Part shown: positions 25,563-32,000 of the stretch, in pieces
How the letters are laid out: each line of letters starts with the position of its first letter
Position numbering within the stretch: the stretch's first letter is position 1
Assembly (NCBI RefSeq): GCF_039521425.1
Contig: NZ_BAAACI010000001.1
Location: 59,974 to 91,973, forward strand
Source: Clostridium subterminale
GTDB taxonomy: Bacteria > Bacillota > Clostridia > Clostridiales > Clostridiaceae
Direction of reading: 5' to 3'
DNA: 32,000 nt
Made by a program: the position numbers and the translations under genes
Notes under the pieces: generated by a model
The model's database searches: none
Seen by the model: only the letters and a program-made list of their open reading frames with translations
What the model was told of the DNA's origin: nothing

Positions 25563-27794
25563 ATGGATTTAAAAGAAATGTTAGATAAATCAAAAGATCA
25601 TATAGAGAAAGAAGAGTTCTTTTTAAAGCTGGGAAAAGGTAAAAAAGAATTCGTTGAAAGGTTTCCTTTTGATGAGTTGAGTAACTTATCTATACAAGAA
25701 TATGTTGTGCAAAAGGATAATTATATTGATACCTATGACGATACTTTTGTTTATTGGCTAGAAAGAAGAAGGAATACTGGTGGTGCAATTGGTGGCGGTA
25801 ATTCTTCTAAGTTTTATATTTATATGGATGCTACAGGAAAGTATTGTACTGGTTATGGGTCAAGAAAACGATACATTGAAGGTGAAGAATTAAATTATGA
25901 ATATAAAGAGCTGATTTCAAAAATAGTAAAGGCTATTGAATTTGCTAAGGAAGATAGAGTTAGTGAAATTAGAGATTTAAATGTTCCTATATGGAATATG
26001 GTTTTACTTAAAATTTTATCTTTATATGTACCTGATAAGTTTATAGATGTTTTCTCATCTTCAGTATTAGTTCCCCTTGCAGAAATACTAAGATTAAATG
26101 TTGATATTACTCCAGAAAATATTATAGAAATAAACTATGAAGCTACTAAAAAACTTTTTTCTATGGAAGAGTTTAAAAATTGGAATATGTCAAGGCTGTC
26201 TGATTTTATTTATGGAACTATCAGTCAAAGAGCTAGAAAGCCAGTTTATTGGGCTTTAGGGTATAACTATGGTGGTGAAAGTATACTTCCTATATTATTG
26301 AAAGAAAATAAGATTGCCATTGGATATTTTGATGAAGATATCAGTGATGTTATTAACAATAAAGGTGCTTTAAAAGAGCATCTTAAAAATAATGATTGTG
26401 ATAATAATACAATAAAATCCTTAAGTTATTTTAGTGATATAAAAAAGGATGATATAGTGATTTTAAAAAGTTCATATACTACAGGACCAAACAGAAAAAC
26501 TAGTATATTAAGAGTATCTGCCATAGCTAGAGTTCTTGAAGATGCGGTCTTGGGATATGAGTATGATGAAAATCTACATCATACATTACCGGTAGAATGG
26601 ATATCTAAAGAGTCACGAGAAATTGAAGGAATTAATTATTTGAAAGCTATAGCTCCAATTAAGGACGATAAAAAAATAAATATGATTTTAGAGGGAGAAG
26701 AACCTGTTATTCCAGAGCCAGAAAATGATGATTTAAATGAAGAAGCTAAGAATATAATTTTATATGGACCTCCAGGAACAGGTAAAACTTATAATGTTAT
26801 AAATAAAGCCTTGGAGATAATTGATCCAGAAGGTTATTCAGAAATAGATGAAACTAACAATAGAGAAGAAGTATTAAATAGATATAAAACCTTAGTGAAT
26901 AAGGGCCAAATAGCCTTTTGTACCTTCCATCAAAGCTATGGATATGAAGAGTTTGTAGAAGGATTAAAGTCAGATGGTAAGGGTAATTTTGTTACTGAAG
27001 ATGGTATTTTAAAGAGGATTGCATATAATGCAGCCTTTGAAGGATTAAAAAATCAGCTTAAAGCAGAAGAAGAAAGTTATAAAGAGAAGAAGGCTAAAGT
27101 AAATCAGTATATTAATAAAGAAAAAGCATTTAAAGAAGGAAAGAAGTTTGTATTAATTATTGATGAAATAAATAGAGGTAATATATCTAAAATATTTGGT
27201 GAACTTATAACCTTATTAGAAGAAGATAAAAGAATAGGTACAACCAATCAAATAACAGCTACATTGCCATATTCAAAGGAAAAGTTCTGTCTTCCAAACA
27301 ATTTATATATCATAGGAACCATGAATACCTCAGATAAGTCTATTGCTCAAATTGATATAGCACTAAGAAGAAGATTTATATTTGAAGAAATGATGCCTAA
27401 CTACGATATATTAGATGAAATTGAAGGAATAGAGATAGATAAGCTATTGAGTACCATTAATGAAAGAATTGAGTTTTTATGTGATAGAGATCATTTAATT
27501 GGTCATGGTTACTTCACCAATGTTAAAACTTCAGTAGATATAATAAATGTGGTATCTAACAAAGTAATACCTTTATTACAAGAGTATTTCTATGGAGACA
27601 ATGAAAAAGTAGCAATGGTTTTAGGGGGAATAGGTTCTTCAGAAAAGGATGACTATATTATATATAAAGAAGAGAAAAGAGCAAGTGATATATTCAAAGG
27701 CTTTAAAAATATTAGTGATATTGGAACAAGAGAATTCTTTAGGGTTAAAACAGATATTGGCATAGGGGAGATAAAGAAGATATATGAAGAATAA
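25563..27794 (+). CDS. mcrB: McrB-like AAA+ GTPase subunit of a type IV (modification-dependent) restriction system, with a ~390-aa N-terminal extension
   Basis: Walker A ILYGPPGTGKTY. McrB-family block FCTFHQSYGYEEFVEG. Walker B LIIDEINRGNISKIFGELITLLE. Signature IIGTMNTSDKSIAQIDIALRRRF (MNxxDRS-like). SD aaaggaga. Confidence 0.85.
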   Translation: MDLKEMLDKSKDHIEKEEFFLKLGKGKKEFVERFPFDELSNLSIQEYVVQKDNYIDTYDDTFVYWLERRRNTGGAIGGGNSSKFYIYMDATGKYCTGYGSRKRYIEGEELNYEYKELISKIVKAIEFAKEDRVSEIRDLNVPIWNMVLLKILSLYVPDKFIDVFSSSVLVPLAEILRLNVDITPENIIEINYEATKKLFSMEEFKNWNMSRLSDFIYGTISQRARKPVYWALGYNYGGESILPILLKENKIAIGYFDEDISDVINNKGALKEHLKNNDCDNNTIKSLSYFSDIKKDDIVILKSSYTTGPNRKTSILRVSAIARVLEDAVLGYEYDENLHHTLPVEWISKESREIEGINYLKAIAPIKDDKKINMILEGEEPVIPEPENDDLNEEAKNIILYGPPGTGKTYNVINKALEIIDPEGYSEIDETNNREEVLNRYKTLVNKGQIAFCTFHQSYGYEEFVEGLKSDGKGNFVTEDGILKRIAYNAAFEGLKNQLKAEEESYKEKKAKVNQYINKEKAFKEGKKFVLIIDEINRGNISKIFGELITLLEEDKRIGTTNQITATLPYSKEKFCLPNNLYIIGTMNTSDKSIAQIDIALRRRFIFEEMMPNYDILDEIEGIEIDKLLSTINERIEFLCDRDHLIGHGYFTNVKTSVDIINVVSNKVIPLLQEYFYGDNEKVAMVLGGIGSSEKDDYIIYKEEKRASDIFKGFKNISDIGTREFFRVKTDIGIGEIKKIYEE

Positions 27795-29031
27795 ATATAT
27801 CATACTAAGAGAAGGATATGATTGGCTATGTGTAGGAAATTCAGAAAATGAAATTACAGCCATGGAATACAATGCTCTTTCCATGTACTTGAAAAACAAT
27901 GTACATCAAAATGGAATATCCTATGGATATAACAAGGTTAAATTTATAAACTATGTAGGGATTATTTCAGTAGGAAACCTAGTAATTGAAATTCTTCCAA
28001 AGATATCTATAACAAAGGATGCTATTAAAGACAGAGATATATTAATGTTTATGCTATCAAAGTGCAATAAACTTTCAGTGGATATAAAAGAAATGCTAAA
28101 CACTAATATAATAAAACAATCCTTAATAGATATATTAGCTAAAATATTTACACAAAAACTCCTAAAAGAGCTTCAAAAAGGAATGTATTTTCAGTATATA
28201 TCCAAAGAAGATTCCCTTAATAAAATTAAAGGAAAGATCATGGTTACGCAAAATGCTAAAATAAATGGAATTAACAAAGCAAAGGTTTATTGTAAATATG
28301 ATGAATTCACAGAAAATAACCTATTTAACGCAATATTAAAAAGAGCAGCAAACTTTATATCTACATTAGTAAAAGATAATGGGGTAAACAAAGATTTAAA
28401 TATCATTAGAAATATGCTATTAGATGTGGATGATATATACATTCCACCAAATACTTTAAATACCTATAGATTAAATAGGAAAAATCAAAGATTTACAGAG
28501 GCATTTACCTTAGCAAAACTAATACTATCAAATATAACTATGGATAAATCCTCAGGAAAAGAAAAGGGCTTCTCAATGTTATTTGAAATGAATTACTTGT
28601 ATGAAGAGTATATAGGAATTCTATTAAAAGAAGCTTTAGAAGATGAAAATACATCAGTAAGAACCCAAGAGAAATCAAAGTACTTATTGTGGAATACAAA
28701 AACCCAGAGAAATGAAATAGCATTAAAGCCTGATATAGTAATATATAAAAAAAACGAACCTAAAATAATAATTGATACAAAATGGAAAGCGGTATCCATG
28801 GATAACAGAGAAATATATAATCAAGGAGACATATATCAAATGTATGCCTACATCACCACATATACAACCTGTGAAAAATGCATCCTGCTTTATCCTAAGA
28901 TTAGTAATGATACTTCACATTCAACTTGGAAATTGAATAGTAACCTTGGAGATAAAGAAATTATGATAGGAGAAATTAATTTGGAGAGTTATAGTGGAGT
29001 GAAAGAGGGATTAGTGAAACTTTGCAATTAA
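27784..29031 (+). CDS. mcrC: McrC-like PD-(D/E)xK nuclease subunit
   Basis: 11-nt overlap with the McrB-like gene. 415 aa. The C-terminal nuclease motif is ALKPDIVIYKKNEPKIIIDTKWK (D...(D/E)xK), followed by QMYAY, as in McrC-family proteins. Confidence 0.8.
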   Translation: MKNKYIILREGYDWLCVGNSENEITAMEYNALSMYLKNNVHQNGISYGYNKVKFINYVGIISVGNLVIEILPKISITKDAIKDRDILMFMLSKCNKLSVDIKEMLNTNIIKQSLIDILAKIFTQKLLKELQKGMYFQYISKEDSLNKIKGKIMVTQNAKINGINKAKVYCKYDEFTENNLFNAILKRAANFISTLVKDNGVNKDLNIIRNMLLDVDDIYIPPNTLNTYRLNRKNQRFTEAFTLAKLILSNITMDKSSGKEKGFSMLFEMNYLYEEYIGILLKEALEDENTSVRTQEKSKYLLWNTKTQRNEIALKPDIVIYKKNEPKIIIDTKWKAVSMDNREIYNQGDIYQMYAYITTYTTCEKCILLYPKISNDTSHSTWKLNSNLGDKEIMIGEINLESYSGVKEGLVKLCN

Positions 29032-29431
29032 AAATTATTTAATGAGCATAAAGCGGGGACTACATTATGGTTATGGATCTACTCAAATAACGTATGTAAA
29101 ACGAGGATATATTCCAGATGTTACAGGGGTTTAGTATAATGGAAATCAATTAGAACAATATGCAAAATGTGAAAATGACGATGATTTGACCCTTTATTTT
29201 CTTAAATTATTTTTATAGAGCTTAAGAAGTTCGAAAAATCAAAAAAGACTATAATAATAAGTTGGTACCAGCAATTTCATTTAAAATCACAGCACCAGAA
29301 AAGGGAGCTAAATAAAGCAACTAAGGTTTGGACAGATGTATCAGAAAGCTTTTAATCAAGGGTATTGGATATTGGATAGGTAATAGGAAATATTAAAAGT
29401 ATATATGGTGAAATTTAGGATAATTAAGAGT

Positions 29432-29526
29432 GAACCGTACCATAAGTAAATGAGGTTTATAGCTTTAGGCATTGATATAACTTGTCTAAGGCTATTTTTA
29501 TAGGTGAAAATACCGTATCACAAGTA
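29432..29526. repeat. 95-bp dispersed repeat, copy 1 (box-hairpin-box)
   Basis: 81/95 identical (hand count, ungapped) to 30988-31082. It contains a terminator-like hairpin tagctttaggca/tgtctaaggcta plus ttttta, flanked by CCGTAyCAyAAGTA-like boxes. Confidence 0.6.
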
Positions 29527-29715
29527 GGTAAAATGATTTTCGTATGTAATATTTATGAAAAAAGTTATAATATACATTATAAATAGGGATGTGTAAAGAA
29601 GAATAAGAGCGATATTTACAAATGGATAAGTACATTAAAGGTATGTAAAAAACAATTATGAACTGTTTTTTACATAGTTAATAGTAATTTGTAATGCTAA
29701 AATACGTAATATAAT

Positions 29716-29919
29716 ATAAATTAGTAACTATTCAGCCTTAGAGTTAATTTTTCATTCAGCAGTACGCAGTGTAGGGAATCAACGTAGGAGCGACATTGAA
29801 AAGGGGACTTTTTTCCTTATTATTTAATTTAAAAAAGCCCCCTTCTCAGGAGTGCAAGTGATTCAAGACACTGCGTACTGCATAAGAATTTTTTGCTAGC
29901 TGAATAGTTACATAAATTA
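29716..29919. mobile_element. MITE-like 188-bp element with perfect 13-bp terminal inverted repeats and 8-bp target-site duplication
   Basis: TIRs gtaactattcagc (29724-29736) and gctgaatagttac (29899-29911). Identical flanks ataaatta at 29716-23 and 29912-19. Nested inner inverted repeats: 13 bp at 29759-71 with 29869-81, and 14 bp at 29801-14 with 29831-44. Confidence 0.55.
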
Positions 29920-29933
29920 TTTGGGGGATAGAA

Positions 29934-30944
29934 ATGAGCAAATATGAATTCAGATTAATTACTATTGATGATATACCTGCAATGGTTGATTTGCTAATAA
30001 ATAGGCAAAGCCTTGAGAGTAAAGTGTTTCCCTTGCTGAAGAACAGTTGCCTTAATACAAAATATATCACAGATTCACTTGAAAAATTGTTTGCTAATAG
30101 TAAAGTCGTTGGGATAGGAGCATTTGCTAATGGTGAACTAGTAGGCTATATAATGGGAGAGATAAAGATTGATAATAGAAAAGGCAGGCATGTATGGGTT
30201 CCCTATGAGGGGATTGCAATCAGATTGGATCAATCCTCTGAGCTTATAAGGCATCTCTATGCGAAGGTTGCTATTCTATGGCTTGAACAAGGTTGCTTTA
30301 TGCACTATACTATAATACCTCTTGGAAATCAGGTATATTATGAGGCATTCCTTAAATTAAGCTTTTTTATCCAACAAGTACATGGGGTAATGAGCATGGA
30401 GGAATACAAGCCTTTTGATAATGTATCTGATGTAGAAATTAGAGTTGCTAATAAAATGGATAGTGAAATAATGGGTAATATGTCTAGTATAATCCAATCC
30501 TATCAAAATTCAGCACCAACCTTTGAACCCGCCTTACCCGAAGTTGTAACAGACATAAAGAACGGGTATAAGCGTACGGTAGAGGAGAACGACGCAATGA
30601 TCTTTATTGCAGAAAAAGAAATGAAGGGATTAGGATTTCAAGCATATTGGTCGAGTACTCCAGATTTGATGGCACCTGATGGCGGGGTAGAGTTAAGTAT
30701 TGCGGGCACTTACTATTCCCAAATGGGAAGTGGTGTTGGTAAAAAGTTGATGAATGAAGGCTATAGAATTATGAAAGAAAAGGGATATAACAGTATAATA
30801 ACAGATTGGAGAATAACCAATCTTGCATCCTCAACATTTTGGCCGAAGTGTGGATTTAAACCAATAGCTTACAGGATGGCTAGATGCATTGACAGTAATT
30901 TAGCATGGGCAAATTTTAATAACTCGAGTATTAATCAGTTATAG
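29934..30944 (+). CDS. GNAT-family N-acetyltransferase (336 aa, apparently two-lobed)
   Basis: N-terminal lobe ITIDDIPAMVDLL...ELVGYIMGE. The C-terminal lobe carries motif A MGSGVGKKLMNEGYRIMKEKGY and ..FWPKCGFKP. SD ggggga. Confidence 0.75.
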   Translation: MSKYEFRLITIDDIPAMVDLLINRQSLESKVFPLLKNSCLNTKYITDSLEKLFANSKVVGIGAFANGELVGYIMGEIKIDNRKGRHVWVPYEGIAIRLDQSSELIRHLYAKVAILWLEQGCFMHYTIIPLGNQVYYEAFLKLSFFIQQVHGVMSMEEYKPFDNVSDVEIRVANKMDSEIMGNMSSIIQSYQNSAPTFEPALPEVVTDIKNGYKRTVEENDAMIFIAEKEMKGLGFQAYWSSTPDLMAPDGGVELSIAGTYYSQMGSGVGKKLMNEGYRIMKEKGYNSIITDWRITNLASSTFWPKCGFKPIAYRMARCIDSNLAWANFNNSSINQL

Positions 30945-30987
30945 CAAATTCAGTTAACTAATTTTTATCATTTGTCGCTGTTGCGCA

Positions 30988-31082
30988 GAACCATATCACA
31001 AATAAATGAAGTTTTTAGCCTTAACCATTGATATTACTTGGTTAAGGCTATTTTTATAGGTGAAAATACCGTATCATAAATA
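30988..31082. repeat. 95-bp dispersed repeat, copy 2 (box-hairpin-box)
   Basis: Perfect 12-bp hairpin tagccttaacca/tggttaaggcta plus ttttta. The same flanking boxes as copy 1. Confidence 0.6.
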
Positions 31083-31173
31083 ATAATGTATTTACAAAAT
31101 ATGCTATAATAAAAAGGTGAATAAGTTTTAAGTGAAAGATAAATTAGAATTTGTAAGAGAGGAAAATTAAAAT

Positions 31174-31923
31174 ATGTGTACTGATTTTATTAATTTAACA
31201 ACAGAAAATCTTGCTAATGAACATTTATGCTGTATTATACGCAGTAAAAAACCCCATCAAGGTATTGACGAAAAACGACAATGGCTTTCTGATAGATTAA
31301 ATGAAGGTCATGTTTTTAGAAAGTTAAATGAAAAGGCAACAGTTTTTATTGAATATGCTCCTCTTGAAACAGCTTGGGTTCCTATAACTGGTGATAACTA
31401 TTACTATATATATTGCTTATGGGTTTCCGGTAGTTATAAAGGAAAAGGATATGGAAAATCACTAATGGAGTATTGTTTGGCAGATGCAAGAGAAAAGGGT
31501 AAATCAGGCATTTGCATGCTCGGAGCAAAGAAACAAAAACATTGGCTTTCTGATCAATCATTTGTGAAGAAGTTTGGTTTTGAGGTTGTTGATACTACCG
31601 ATAATGGATATGAACTGCTTGCACTTTCTTTTGATGGAACAACACCAAAGTTCACACAAAGTGCTAAAAAACAAGAAATTGAATGTAAAGATTTAACAAT
31701 TTATTATGATATGCAATGCCCTTATATCTATCAAAGCATTGAAAAGATAAAACAGTATTGTGAAATGAATGATGTTCCTGTATCTTTAATTCAAGTGGAT
31801 ATACTACAAAAAGCAAAAGAATTGCCTTGTGTTTTTAATAACTATGGTGTGTTTTATAAAGGAAAATTTGAGACGGTGAATTTATTAGATATCGGAAGTT
31901 TAGAGAGAATACTCAAGATATGA
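31174..31923 (+). CDS. YoaP-like GNAT acetyltransferase (GNAT core plus C-terminal YoaP domain)
   Basis: The N-terminus NLANEHLCCIIRSKKPHQGIDEKRQWLSDRLNEGHVFRKL and GKGYGKSLMEYCLADAREKG are followed by the C-terminal block IYYDMQCPYI...ELPCVFNNYGVFYKGKF, which is typical of YoaP-like proteins. Confidence 0.8.
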   Translation: MCTDFINLTTENLANEHLCCIIRSKKPHQGIDEKRQWLSDRLNEGHVFRKLNEKATVFIEYAPLETAWVPITGDNYYYIYCLWVSGSYKGKGYGKSLMEYCLADAREKGKSGICMLGAKKQKHWLSDQSFVKKFGFEVVDTTDNGYELLALSFDGTTPKFTQSAKKQEIECKDLTIYYDMQCPYIYQSIEKIKQYCEMNDVPVSLIQVDILQKAKELPCVFNNYGVFYKGKFETVNLLDIGSLERILKI

Positions 31924-32000
31924 GAATACAATTATTATAAGAAGTAATGTGTCTACAAATAAATAGCAGTATATAATCTGCATCTGCAGGGAGGTGTTGT

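Noticed and set aside
27639-28799. Antisense ORFs 27639-27899, 28538-28723 and 28593-28799 within the McrB-like and McrC-like genes
   Set aside because: Shadow ORFs opposite strongly supported genes, with hydrophobic low-complexity translations.
29846-30070. 74-aa minus-strand ORF spanning the MITE-like element and the 5' end of the GNAT gene
   Set aside because: It runs through the inverted-repeat element and overlaps the GNAT start antisense. No SD. Best explained as a chance ORF.
1-32000. Search by eye for tRNA, rRNA, tmRNA, transposase, integrase or recombinase and prophage genes
   Set aside because: None found. No cloverleaf-compatible GC-rich 75-nt segments, no rRNA-like conserved blocks, and no DDE, tyrosine or serine recombinase motifs in any ORF of the track.

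Overview
AT-rich, Clostridium-like (low-GC Firmicutes) chromosomal accessory region with about 30 credible protein genes, no rRNA or tRNA genes and no CRISPR array. From left to right:

- **1-5400:** a helicase 3' fragment, a beta-lactamase-fold serine hydrolase and a GNAT. Then a translationally coupled rsgA-like GTPase / APH-like kinase operon behind a ~400-nt leader.
- **5750-9850:** a same-strand run of small-molecule-modifying enzymes (HAD, NTF2-like, Maa acetyltransferase, aldo/keto reductase) and small XRE / Mor-like regulators.
- **10050-15006:** a BceAB/BceRS-type peptide-antibiotic sensing and detoxification module. It is bracketed by two copies of a palindromic repeat, and the upstream copy carries a GC-rich structured ~190-nt core.
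- **15237-18174:** an AraC/GyrI regulator, a YjjG-like HAD, a decayed DUF606 gene and a Crp/Fnr regulator.
- **18677-21018:** a T-box leader in front of a divergent MetRS2-type synthetase.
- **21346-25253:** an orphan HEAT-repeat protein, a GNAT pseudogene, an XRE-DUF5680 protein and a SEC-C methionine aminopeptidase.
- **25563-29031:** a two-gene McrBC-type restriction module. Its McrB subunit has a long two-part N-terminal extension.
- **29432-31923:** two more acetyltransferases, embedded in repeats and a MITE-like element.

Items most worth follow-up:
1. The McrBC-like module, and the 56-bp promoter element it shares with the HEAT-repeat gene 4 kb upstream.
2. The T-box / MetRS-like pair. 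KMSKS is degenerate (KASSS), and neither the specifier nor the discriminator read-out looks Met-like in my hand fold.
3. The rsgA-like/APH-like operon, which has a uORF-plus-terminator leader.
4. The unclassified structured RNA-like core upstream of the Bce module.

All homology calls come from motif recognition by eye. No database search was run.
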